This document shows, piece by piece, positions 50,250-58,607 of a DNA stretch of 62,504 bases. The notes below the pieces were generated by a model that searched no databases, was not told the origin of the DNA, and saw only the letters and a program-made list of their open reading frames with translations. The DNA comes from Gammaproteobacteria bacterium. GTDB taxonomy: Bacteria > Pseudomonadota > Gammaproteobacteria > Natronospirales > JAJUFS01. The stretch spans positions 1 to 62,504 of the forward strand of contig JAJUFS010000003.1 in assembly GCA_029263725.1 (NCBI GenBank). The letters run 5' to 3'. Position 1 is the first letter of the stretch. Every line of letters begins with the position of its first letter. The position numbers were made by a program, and so were the translations under genes.

Positions 50250-50677
50250 CACCGCACCTCCTCGCGCAGGCCCGAGTAACCGACCCAGGTGGCAACCAGT
50301 GCCAGCAAGGTCACGATGAGCGACAACCACATGCCGCCCGGCATGGTCGCGTAGGCATCCTTGGCGTGTTCCAGCGCGTTGATGAAACCGAGAATCCACA
50401 TCGCCAGCAGCGAGAGGAAGTAGATCATGTGCCACACCGTTCGCAGCTCGCGGCTGCGCACCAGCTCGACCAGCGCCCACACCAGCACGAAGGCGCCCAT
50501 CAAGAGCGCGCCCGCAATCAGCCATTGCGCGAAGTTGAGCCACTGGATGAGATAGGTGGAGCGGTAGGCCATGTCCGCCACCAGCGCGGACAGGAACAAG
50601 GGCAAGGGGAAGGCGAGCAGCACGGCATGCAACGGATGGATGGCCAGCCGTGAATACCGGTCATTGAAATCGGCCAT
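50249..50677 (-). CDS. DUF2231-family membrane protein
   Basis: HPLHAVLLAFPLPLF motif and four TM segments. Commonly paired with PQQ sugar dehydrogenases. Confidence 0.75.
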   Translation of the reverse strand: MADFNDRYSRLAIHPLHAVLLAFPLPLFLSALVADMAYRSTYLIQWLNFAQWLIAGALLMGAFVLVWALVELVRSRELRTVWHMIYFLSLLAMWILGFINALEHAKDAYATMPGGMWLSLIVTLLALVATWVGYSGLREEVR

Positions 50678-50825
50678 GGCGAACGCCTTTGATGTGTGAC
50701 CGCGGGAATGACGAGCATAGGCACCACCGTTCCCGTTGCCACCAGTGATTCCACTGTTATCACGTCATTCGACATATTCCCTGCTACCATGCGGGCGCTG
50801 CTCGATGCCGTGAAAGGGGCGGAAA

Positions 50826-51947
50826 ATGAAACGGAAACCATCGCCGGCAGGAAGAGTCCTCGACCTTGCCTTGTGGCTGTTCGCGGGCGCGCTGGTCGCG
50901 ATGTATTTCGATCCTCCCCTGATCGTGATCGTGGAGTTCCTCGCCTGGCTGGTTGCGATCCAGCTCCTCGTCACCGTGGTTCACGAGCTTGGTCACTGGC
51001 TCGCCGGCAGGCTGGCGGGATTCCGCACCATGCGCTTCTCGGTGGGCCCGCTGAACTGGCTCGTGGTCAACGGCCGCATTCGCTTCCGCGCGAGTTGCCG
51101 CCGCGGCATGCCCGCGGGCGCAACGCAGATGTTCTACGACGGCGAGGATGCCGTGGAACGGCGCTACATGGTGTTCATCGCCGGCGGGCCGGTGATGTCA
51201 CTCACCACCGCGGCGCTGGCCGCGGCGCTTGCGCTGTCCCTGTCCGGCGGCGGGCTGCGATTCGTGCTGTTCCTGTATGCCTGGCTTTCCGCCTTCGCCG
51301 GGATCATCAACCTCCTGCCGGTGCGCTTCGGTGCGTTCTCCTCGGATGGCCTGCAGCTGCTCACCCTGCTGCGCGGCGGGCAGGAGGCACGTCACATGCT
51401 CGCCGTGTTCCGGCTTTCCACATTGCTGTACGCGGGCGTGCGGCCGCGCGACTGGCCGCGGGAAATCGTCGCGGTGCTCGACGAGGGCGAGCCTTCCCCC
51501 GCGCAGCGCAACGCGTTGCATGCCATGCAGTTCCTTTGCCTGCGGGACCGGGAGGAGACGGAAACCGCGCGGCGCGTTCTCGAGGCCGAGCTTGAAGCGC
51601 TCCAGCAGGAGAACTCGCAGCTGGAAGCGAACTGGCGCCTGGAAGGGGCGTTTTTCTACGCACAGGTCGACGGCGATGGCGTCAAGGCGCGCGAGCACTT
51701 CACGAGGGGCGCGAACGCCGTCTACGTGGATGAAGTCGTCAGGCACATGATCGAAGCCGAAGTCCTGCTAGCCGAACGCAGGGTGCAGGAAGCGGAGCAG
51801 GCCTTGGTGCGTGCCATCGCCACGCGCGAGAACATCGTCTACACGCCGCCAGGGATTCCGATGGCGGAGGCGTTGCAGGATCTCGAGCAACGCCTGCGGG
51901 AGACCGCCGCGGCCGAAGAACGCAACGTCCTGTCACGGGTGGTGTGA
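50826..51947 (+). CDS. M50-like (site-2-protease-type) membrane metallopeptidase with C-terminal helical-repeat domain
   Basis: HELGHWLAG in a TM helix, a NLLPV...SDG motif, and a soluble helical domain of about 170 aa. Confidence 0.65.
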   Translation: MKRKPSPAGRVLDLALWLFAGALVAMYFDPPLIVIVEFLAWLVAIQLLVTVVHELGHWLAGRLAGFRTMRFSVGPLNWLVVNGRIRFRASCRRGMPAGATQMFYDGEDAVERRYMVFIAGGPVMSLTTAALAAALALSLSGGGLRFVLFLYAWLSAFAGIINLLPVRFGAFSSDGLQLLTLLRGGQEARHMLAVFRLSTLLYAGVRPRDWPREIVAVLDEGEPSPAQRNALHAMQFLCLRDREETETARRVLEAELEALQQENSQLEANWRLEGAFFYAQVDGDGVKAREHFTRGANAVYVDEVVRHMIEAEVLLAERRVQEAEQALVRAIATRENIVYTPPGIPMAEALQDLEQRLRETAAAEERNVLSRVV

Positions 51948-51975
51948 AGGATCGCCGCGCACGCATCCATGCTCT

Positions 51976-52003
51976 TGTCAGCTGACAGCAACTGACATTT
52001 TTT
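51976..52003 (+). terminator. Possible rho-independent terminator
   Basis: TGTCAG-(10 nt)-CTGACA followed by TTTTTT. It also contains the 12-nt perfect palindrome TGTCAGCTGACA. Confidence 0.4.
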
Positions 52004-52417
52004 GCGCCTTGACTTTCACCGGTGCGCTGATTAACTTCCGTCGCGCTTTCACAGCTTCATCATACGAGGTCGTCATGTCGGAGATTGCTCGTTAGCAGGA
52101 TGATTCGCACGCCTTGAAGGCGCGCGCTCCTTTCGAACGACTCGTCGCATCGCAGCCAGCGATGTTCGTAACCACCTCTCACAGGACAGGTGCCGACATG
52201 AAGATTTCCCAGCCCCAGACCACTCTGATCCGAACAGGTTTCGCGTCCGCGCGCATCCGTCATCGCGACGGCGTCGCTCGCGTCGCCTAGCTCGCGCACA
52301 GCGCGCTCAAACCTGACTTTCCGGACAACGACACTCGCCAACAGGGCGCGGCGCAGCCCCGTGGACACGTGCCCGTGTCACGGCCGCCGCCACCGTTGGG
52401 CGATGCGGGGTTTCACG

Positions 52418-52666
52418 ATGAAGAAAGACAAGATCAAGGAACGCATCGCGTTCGTGAACGACGCCATGGCCCTGGAACGCAAGGCCGGTTCGTCGCTGCC
52501 CTCCCGGCAGAACTGGAAGCTCTGCCTCATGGCAGTGGCGCTGGATGAATACGCCGAGGAAAGCGATCTGCAGCTGCTCACCCGCAGCATGGATGAAAAG
52601 ATGCGGGACTCGCTGCTGGCACTGTGGAAGAGCCACGAGCACGCCAGCAACGAGGAAGAAGGATGA
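52418..52666 (+). CDS. Small hypothetical protein (82 aa)
   Basis: ORF only. Helical and acidic at the C-terminus. Confidence 0.4.
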   Translation: MKKDKIKERIAFVNDAMALERKAGSSLPSRQNWKLCLMAVALDEYAEESDLQLLTRSMDEKMRDSLLALWKSHEHASNEEEG

Positions 52667-52706
52667 GCAGGGAGACGGGAGGCTCCGCTCGGGCGGAGCT
52701 TCCCCG

Positions 52707-53681
52707 CTACCGCGATGCGCGCCGGTAGCGCAGCAGTGCGCGCACTCCCCAGCCGAACAAGCCGAGCACGACGAGAACCAGGGCCGCGAGCGCCATCAGG
52801 TTGCGCACGGGGTTGGTGATCACGTAGTTCTCGTGCGAGGCGTAAAAGCCATTGAATGAGGCAAGGTGCCCGGGAAGGGCCAGTACGTCTTCCTTGGCGA
52901 GTTCCAGGCGGCGCTCGTTCGGATGATGACTCGCGCCGCGGGGATACAGGCCGCCTCCGGCATCGAGCTCCACGTGCCCGCCCAGCACATGCGTGATCTC
53001 GCGATCTCTCACGAAGTTCGCCAGCCGCTCGGCGCTGGCGCGGTACGCCGCCGCGTCATCGACCATGAGCCGGCCCGGCAGCAGGAAATCTCCCGTGAAC
53101 AGCAGCCCGGTCTCGCGATCATGGAAGACGAGATGCGCCGGATGATGCCCAGGCGCGAGCAGCACATCGATCACGCGGTTGCCAAGGTCGATCTCCCCCT
53201 CGCCTTCCGGCCAGCGCTCGAAACCGAAATACACCGCCAGCGCATCGAGCTCCACCGGCGGCACTTCCACGCCAGGCAGTGACTCGAACTGCACATCCCC
53301 GCGGCGGTGATCGCGGTGGCCGTGCGTGTGCGCAACCAGCAAGGGCATGGGCTTGTCGTCGATCACCGGCAACAGGCCCATCACCGTTTCCGCCAGGGGC
53401 ATTGCAGCTGCGTCTTCCACATCCCCGCTATCGATGAGCAGCGCGCGCTCCTTGCCGACCAGCAGGTACAGGAAGTTCGCCTCGAAACTCGCGCACGGGT
53501 CCTGCCTAAGGATGTAGGTATCCGCGTTGTAGCCATGCACCTGCAAGGGCGGTGGCGCGGCAGCCGCGCAATCAGGCGCGCCGCTCGTCCATTCGACGTT
53601 CAGCGAGCCAGTGGAAGCGGCAGTCGCAGAAGCAGCCACCATGAGCGGCACGACGGCGAGGAGGCTCGGGAATTTCTTCAT
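52707..53681 (-). CDS. Exported MBL-fold metallo-hydrolase with C-terminal TM anchor
   Basis: Signal peptide, HTHGHRDH motif, and a later GH...H. The C-terminus NLMALAALVLVVLGLFGWGV-RALLRYRR is a TM helix plus basic tail. Confidence 0.8.
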   Translation of the reverse strand: MKKFPSLLAVVPLMVAASATAASTGSLNVEWTSGAPDCAAAAPPPLQVHGYNADTYILRQDPCASFEANFLYLLVGKERALLIDSGDVEDAAAMPLAETVMGLLPVIDDKPMPLLVAHTHGHRDHRRGDVQFESLPGVEVPPVELDALAVYFGFERWPEGEGEIDLGNRVIDVLLAPGHHPAHLVFHDRETGLLFTGDFLLPGRLMVDDAAAYRASAERLANFVRDREITHVLGGHVELDAGGGLYPRGASHHPNERRLELAKEDVLALPGHLASFNGFYASHENYVITNPVRNLMALAALVLVVLGLFGWGVRALLRYRRASR

Positions 53682-53707
53682 GCGACCGCACTTCCTTTCT
53701 TATTGTT

Positions 53708-54511
53708 TTACAGGACCAGTTCGGTCAACGGTTCTTCCTGCGGAGCCGCCGCTTCCTTCTTAGGCCGCTTTCTCAGCGTACGATCAGAAGCTCTTTTCAC
53801 TTGTGCCAGCGCCTTTTTCGCCGCCTCGCCTTCGACGAGGTCACGCTTCAGCACCTCTGTACGGATAAGCTCTTCCACCTCTTCAGTTTCGATGCGCATA
53901 TCCGGGTTCATTCGCCGGATCTCCCGGCGGACGAGGCTTGTCACGGCATCGGATTGCAGGATAGCCGCGACCGTGAACTTGTTCAGCACGCTGGCGCGAT
54001 TCTGATACTCACGGATCAGATTTTTCAGCAGGCCCTCCCGGGACAGCAGGAGCAGGAGGCTCTTGTGCTCCGTGGAGCGAGCGTTCATTTCGAGAATGTT
54101 GAACTTGCAAAGCAGGCTGTAGGAAACCGGCTTCTCGAACTTGAGCGCATAGACCTCCCAGTCGATGCCGTTCGTGAGCACCACCCATTGAATTCCCTCG
54201 CTCACGCCGTAACTGACCGCCTGGCGAAGATGGTTGTCCTTCAGGTTGAGGCCGACGGCCTTCACCTCGATCAGGAGCTTGACCTTGTCGTCGAACTTGA
54301 TGGCAAGATCGCAAAAGGTCTTCCTGATCGCATATTCTCCCGTCACCTCCGCGTACTTGTCGAAGCCGAAAAGCTCGGCAAGCATGTCGGTCACGATGGT
54401 GACCGTATCCGCCTCGTTGACGTCCCTGCGCCTGGCATCCTCGAGAACCTTCTGGAACACCGGAAGGGCCTTGGCAAAGCGCTGTTCCGCCTTCTTTGGA
54501 ATCTTGGACAT
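53708..54511 (-). CDS. Standalone HsdR_N-type PD-(D/E)xK nuclease-fold protein with helical C-terminal domain
   Basis: EADTVTIVTDMLAELFGF, CDLAIKF-(x9)-LLIEVK (D...ExK) and QAVSYG...WVVLTNGIDWEVY match the type I restriction HsdR N-terminal domain pattern. No helicase or methylase gene is adjacent. Confidence 0.7.
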   Translation of the reverse strand: MSKIPKKAEQRFAKALPVFQKVLEDARRRDVNEADTVTIVTDMLAELFGFDKYAEVTGEYAIRKTFCDLAIKFDDKVKLLIEVKAVGLNLKDNHLRQAVSYGVSEGIQWVVLTNGIDWEVYALKFEKPVSYSLLCKFNILEMNARSTEHKSLLLLLSREGLLKNLIREYQNRASVLNKFTVAAILQSDAVTSLVRREIRRMNPDMRIETEEVEELIRTEVLKRDLVEGEAAKKALAQVKRASDRTLRKRPKKEAAAPQEEPLTELVL

Positions 54512-54693
54512 GACTGCTCCCCTGGCATGACTGCCTGATCGAACACTTGCTCCAGCATGGAAGGCATCAAACGGCGCCGCCTTGAAAAGCGGTCTATTGG
54601 CAGGACTCAACCCTCAAGGAAGTATAGAAGAGGAAAGGGAAAGCTCAATGATGGAGAGCGCCTCGGTGGCTGAGACTCATGCGGGCTAGTGGA

Positions 54694-55188
54694 TCAATCG
54701 CCATTCTGCACGGAACGGGCGAAGTCCGGGCGGATGACGAAAACATGCAGCAGTGCGCCGTCCGGCTCACTTTGCACCCTAGTGAACCTGGCATCCTGCG
54801 CGGTAAGCGCGTTACCAACGGTGTCGGCCACCGCGTCCGGATTGGCTAGGTAAGCCGCGTCCATTACCAGCTCACACAGCGAGCGCGTACACTCCAGGGA
54901 CTTCAGCTCCGTCAGAACCACGGGCTCGATGAGCTCATCGTCCTTCGCCTTGCGCAACGCCTCCAGCACCACGCTTGTGAAGGCGTGATCGTTCCCCAGC
55001 GCTTCGCGCTCCTCCCGGAGAAACGACTGCATCATCCCGATCACGCTTCTACCCGCTCTTGGCGGCACCCGCTGCAGCGTTGCGGTCTGCTCCTGGCCCA
55101 GGCGTTCCTTGAATTCTTCAGGCATGTCAGCGCCGACCAGGACCGGCATCGAACAGACGAGCAACGGAAAAAAACGGCGCATCAGCAT
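54694..55188 (-). CDS. Exported hypothetical protein, family P1 (copy a)
   Basis: Signal peptide MLMRRFFPLLVCSMPVLVGA. C-terminal LKSLECTRSLCELVMD ... FVIRPDF is shared with 60637-61323. Confidence 0.55.
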   Translation of the reverse strand: MLMRRFFPLLVCSMPVLVGADMPEEFKERLGQEQTATLQRVPPRAGRSVIGMMQSFLREEREALGNDHAFTSVVLEALRKAKDDELIEPVVLTELKSLECTRSLCELVMDAAYLANPDAVADTVGNALTAQDARFTRVQSEPDGALLHVFVIRPDFARSVQNGD

Positions 55189-55337
55189 GTGTTTTCTGGG
55201 CTCCCCCGGGATTTTCAGCGCTGCGCGACACATGACAACATTGGCGGCCTGCATGGTCAACGGCTGAAAGGATCAGCGGCCGTCGGAACAGGGGCGCTGG
55301 ATTCCTATGCTGAACACATGGACACAAGGAGGCACGG

Positions 55338-55922
55338 ATGCCGTTTCTCGCCGTTCTTATTGCCGCGAACCTGGCCACCCATGACCCGGCCCAGGCGGCA
55401 CCTGTGTACATCACCAACGAGCGGGGCAGCGCGATTCTCTTCGCACCGCCGCCCGGCAGGACCGCGGAATATGTAAGGAACAGGCACGCGCTTCTTGAGG
55501 ATCTCGCGAATCGACAGCCGGCGGATGTCATCGAGGCGCAGGTGTCGCTGGCCGGCCTTCTTCCAGTCACAGAGCTGCCGGAGTTCGTGAAAGGCATCGA
55601 TCTGACCTTCCTCGTTCTCAACCTTGGCGGCGACCATCCTGGCGGGTTCCACTTTCGAGAGGGAGAGTCGTTGAATGAGGGAGTGTCCCGCTTGCTGGGA
55701 TACCACGACGATTTTCTGGAGTTCCGCGAGGAACCGCCGGCAATCCCGCAGGTGTTTGGCTTCCGTGTTCTTTCGACTGCCGAAGACCTCGTTGCCTTGC
55801 GGGACAATGAGCACGTGGGGTTGGTGGACCCTTTGTGGGACGAGTTTTCGGATGCCGCTGGAACAGACGTAAGGAAACTCGCGGCCCCGCTTCCTCTCCG
55901 TGATCAGGACGTCAATCGCTGA
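55338..55922 (+). CDS. Exported hypothetical protein, family P2 (copy a)
   Basis: Signal peptide. The blocks ITNERGSAILFAPPPG, YVRNRHALL and LVDPLWDEFSDAAGTDVRKLAAPLP are shared with 57797-58516. Confidence 0.6.
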   Translation: MPFLAVLIAANLATHDPAQAAPVYITNERGSAILFAPPPGRTAEYVRNRHALLEDLANRQPADVIEAQVSLAGLLPVTELPEFVKGIDLTFLVLNLGGDHPGGFHFREGESLNEGVSRLLGYHDDFLEFREEPPAIPQVFGFRVLSTAEDLVALRDNEHVGLVDPLWDEFSDAAGTDVRKLAAPLPLRDQDVNR

Positions 55923-55941
55923 CCTACAGCCGGTTCCATTT

Positions 55942-56667
55942 CTAGGGTGCGCGCTTGTATTGGGCCATCTGTTGCGCGATATCAGCTGAGAGCGCATGCA
56001 GATACTCGACGGCATTCTTCCCAATCTGCGCCGCATTTTCCTCGATGGCCTTTCGCGCTTGCGTCAGGTCCTGATCTCCGTCGTTCGAGTAGTCGATGCA
56101 GGTTTTGTATCGGGCCAGAACAAGTTGATCGATGATAGTCTCCACGCCGACATCACGTTGTCCGAGACCGCTCTCCATCAAGGCGATGGATTCTCGACGG
56201 GACTCGTTCGCGATTTCCTCTAGCAGCACGGCGCGTATGCGGCTGTATCGCGCACGCCAAGCGTCGTCCTTGTTGCGCAGGGCATAGATCCTGTCAGCCA
56301 GCCACAAGCGGGTTACGAGGTCGATCTCGTCAGAAAGCGTGGGTTTAATCGCGGTCAGGAACTCTGAGATCTTCGCTTTCTCGGCATCGGTGATGTCAGC
56401 AAAGTCATCACCAAAGGAGACATAGCCGCTTGTTGGGCAGTACCAAAGCCATCCAAACACAGCATGCGGCCAGAAAACGCCGTCGTACTTCGTCGGCCAG
56501 TTATAGATGTAACTGCCCCAGCTCGCCGGCGTTGGCACGTCGCACTCTGCGCCGGAAATCGGATCCACCACGGTGGTCTGATGCCAGGTCGTTGCTGAAG
56601 CCGTTGCGCCGGCGAACGCCAGAATCGCCAGACCGGTAACCAGGATGAATAGCCGCATGGTCTGCAT
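55942..56667 (-). CDS. Exported hypothetical protein (P3), Trp-rich N-terminal part and helical C-terminal part
   Basis: Signal peptide MQTMRLFILVTGLAILAFAGATASA. No recognisable family. Confidence 0.55.
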   Translation of the reverse strand: MQTMRLFILVTGLAILAFAGATASATTWHQTTVVDPISGAECDVPTPASWGSYIYNWPTKYDGVFWPHAVFGWLWYCPTSGYVSFGDDFADITDAEKAKISEFLTAIKPTLSDEIDLVTRLWLADRIYALRNKDDAWRARYSRIRAVLLEEIANESRRESIALMESGLGQRDVGVETIIDQLVLARYKTCIDYSNDGDQDLTQARKAIEENAAQIGKNAVEYLHALSADIAQQMAQYKRAP

Positions 56668-56950
56668 TCGCTCCCCCTCTTCTGTCATCGTGAGGCCCCG
56701 CCTGCGGCGCGTTGGCGCGGCATCGGCAGAGAATCGGAAACATCGCGGGCGCGAGACATCGCACCTCAGATGCAGCGTACGTCTCACAAAGCTTTTGCCG
56801 AGCGCTGTTTTCGGTGATTATTTAACACACGTAAGGTTGAAGGCCAGTGACCCGACGCCTTGGATACTGAACAACGAACGATAGGGGCTCAGGAAACGTC
56901 ACCGCTACAAAAGTGTGTCCCTGCGGCTTTCCTCTCCAGGAACGAGCAAG

Positions 56951-57514
56951 ATGAATGTGAAGCAACTCGCCTGGCTGGTCACCTCCATCATCCTTGCTGG
57001 CTGTTCCTACGTCGGCGTCGTCGCCACGGCTGATCCGCTCAAGATGCTTCATCAAGGTGAATCGATGCAGCAGGCGGGGCGTCACATTCCCGCGGAACAG
57101 CTGGGATTGAGAGCGCTCGAAAGGGGTGTCGAGCTTGGTGACAAACGAGCTCAGGCCAACGCGCATCGATACCTTGGCAACTTCTACAAAAGCAGGCTCT
57201 ACTTCGAGCGCGCGGACTGGTTCAGGAGCGTGGACCGGTTTGATCCAAGCTACGAATTGTCGAAGTCGCACTTCCAGCAGGCTGCTGCACTCTGGGAAGA
57301 GATCGGCGACGACTGGGGCGTTGCCGCAGAGTATTTCAACCTCGGAAACGTGGCCTCGCTCCAGGAGAACAGCGACGGCGCCTGCGATCTCTATAGCCGC
57401 TCGCTGGCGGCGTATGGCACGGCAACCTTCCAGGGCACGATCCATCCCTGGAGCCCCGGCCTATCCAGACTTCCCTTCAATGGTGCGAGCCTTCACCGAG
57501 CACGAAGGTTGTGA
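56951..57514 (+). CDS. TPR-like lipoprotein (P4); C-terminal ~20 aa probably altered by a +1 C frameshift
   Basis: Lipobox LAGC and TPR-like helices (AHRYLGNFYKS, AEYFNLGNVA). Relative to the duplicate at 61879, the run at 57454-57457 has 4 C rather than 3. Confidence 0.6.
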   Translation: MNVKQLAWLVTSIILAGCSYVGVVATADPLKMLHQGESMQQAGRHIPAEQLGLRALERGVELGDKRAQANAHRYLGNFYKSRLYFERADWFRSVDRFDPSYELSKSHFQQAAALWEEIGDDWGVAAEYFNLGNVASLQENSDGACDLYSRSLAAYGTATFQGTIHPWSPGLSRLPFNGASLHRARRL

Positions 57515-57693
57515 GGACTTCGACTAGCCACCCGACGGCTTGAGCCCGCTCGCCGCATTGACGAACCGCTGGCCGAGATCCGCCAGCCTTCCCGCAAGCT
57601 CCGCCTTCGCCGCTTCCTGGCCCATCCGGTTCATGGACAGCGGCGAGCTCAACGACTCCAACCGCTGCTCCAACGCAGCCAGCTCCTCCTTCG
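57420..57693. repeat. Direct repeat copy 1 (274 nt), about 97 percent identical to 61879-62151
   Basis: Aligned by eye. The differences are one C indel and a few substitutions until the last ~20 nt. Confidence 0.9.
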
Positions 57694-57700
57694 TTACTCT
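57524..57700 (-). pseudogene. 3' remnant (about 58 codons) of a paralog of the 61982-62350 gene
   Basis: Minus-strand translation gives RVTKEELAALEQRLESLSSPLSMNRMGQEAAKAELAGRLADLGQRFVNAASGLKPSGG. An in-frame TGA lies immediately upstream and there is no start codon. Confidence 0.7.
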
Positions 57701-57796
57701 TCAGGCCCAGAAGAGTTCGAAACCCGGGATAAGAGCGTTTCCTCGTCGGCGAAATCATTCCATACAGGCGTCAGTATTTCATCAAAGGAGATCGAA

Positions 57797-58516
57797 ATGC
57801 TGATCGCTACATTCCTTATAGGAGCTGCTCTGGCAGCCGAACCATCCGCTTTGAATGCCTCTCCCTCAAAAATTACAAATCCACGCGGTACTGCCATCCT
57901 ATTTACTCCTCCGAAGGGGCAAGTAGAGGCGTACATCAAGAACCGGCACGCCCTTATTGGCCACTTATCTCGCGAATACCCTCGCCAGAGGTTCGAAGCC
58001 CAGGTCTCTTTCTGGAGATACCTCCCGGCTTTTCAGCTTCCGCAGTTATTGGAGGAGATGGAAGTACGGGTTATATCGCTAGACTTCGGATGGGACGGAC
58101 AAGGCGGAGGGTTCGCCGTCGAAGGCAACGAGCCATTGGAGGAGTCTCTGGAAACACTTCATAGATATCACGGAGAGTTCCTCGGCCATCTCCATGAAAC
58201 GGTCTCTTTGATTGAGGAAGAGACCAGCCGCCCGGATAAACGGCCGGGCGACGAGCAGCGCCTGGCTGAGCATCTTGATCATATCCACTCACTTTCTGCC
58301 GCGTACCAGGAACATGGGGTCCTCCTGGTAGGAATGAAGGTTACTGGCAGGCCCGAAGACCTGGTAGCGCTTATCAACAAAGAACCCGTGCGGCTTGTTG
58401 ATCCTTTGTGGGACGAGTTCTCGGATGCGTCAGGGGCCGAAGTGAAAAAGCTTTCTGCCCCTATTCCTCCGGAACAAGGACCAATCTCTGCAAGGGAAGG
58501 AGCCCCCGATGACTAA
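57797..58516 (+). CDS. Exported hypothetical protein, family P2 (copy b)
   Basis: AAAGGAG RBS and a signal peptide. Shares the ITNPRGTAILFTPPKG, YIKNRHALI and LVDPLWDEFSDASGAEVKKLSAPIP blocks with copy a and carries an internal ~45-aa insertion. Confidence 0.65.
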   Translation: MLIATFLIGAALAAEPSALNASPSKITNPRGTAILFTPPKGQVEAYIKNRHALIGHLSREYPRQRFEAQVSFWRYLPAFQLPQLLEEMEVRVISLDFGWDGQGGGFAVEGNEPLEESLETLHRYHGEFLGHLHETVSLIEEETSRPDKRPGDEQRLAEHLDHIHSLSAAYQEHGVLLVGMKVTGRPEDLVALINKEPVRLVDPLWDEFSDASGAEVKKLSAPIPPEQGPISAREGAPDD

Positions 58517-58567
58517 CAGACCTGACAGCGCGCTGGGAACGGTTTTTACTTGCAAGTGCCTTCAGAG

Positions 58568-58607
58568 TCAGGTCTTGCAACATAGCATGCTGCAATTCAA
58601 GATCTGA
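58568..58607. repeat. Palindromic element, copy 1 (40 nt)
   Basis: TCAGGTCTTGCA-ACATAGCATGCTGCAA-TTCAAGATCTGA, with 10 of 12 arm positions complementary. Confidence 0.85.

Noticed and set aside
52009-52290. A TTGACT-17 nt-TAACTT promoter-like motif (52009-52037), followed by tiny ORFs of 6 codons (MSEIAR, 52076) and 30 codons (MKISQPQ..., 52198-52290). Together these might indicate an sRNA or leader peptide.
   Set aside because: The promoter match is plausible but unsupported. The small ORFs lack convincing RBSs and I cannot assess their conservation. The motif is therefore not reported as a feature.
57700-57730. GAGTTCGAAACCCGGG, which resembles a tRNA T-loop and could be an island-boundary tRNA fragment.
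   Set aside because: There is no complementary 5-bp T-stem, no acceptor stem and no CCA-proximal context around it. I found no tRNA-like cloverleaf anywhere near the island borders.
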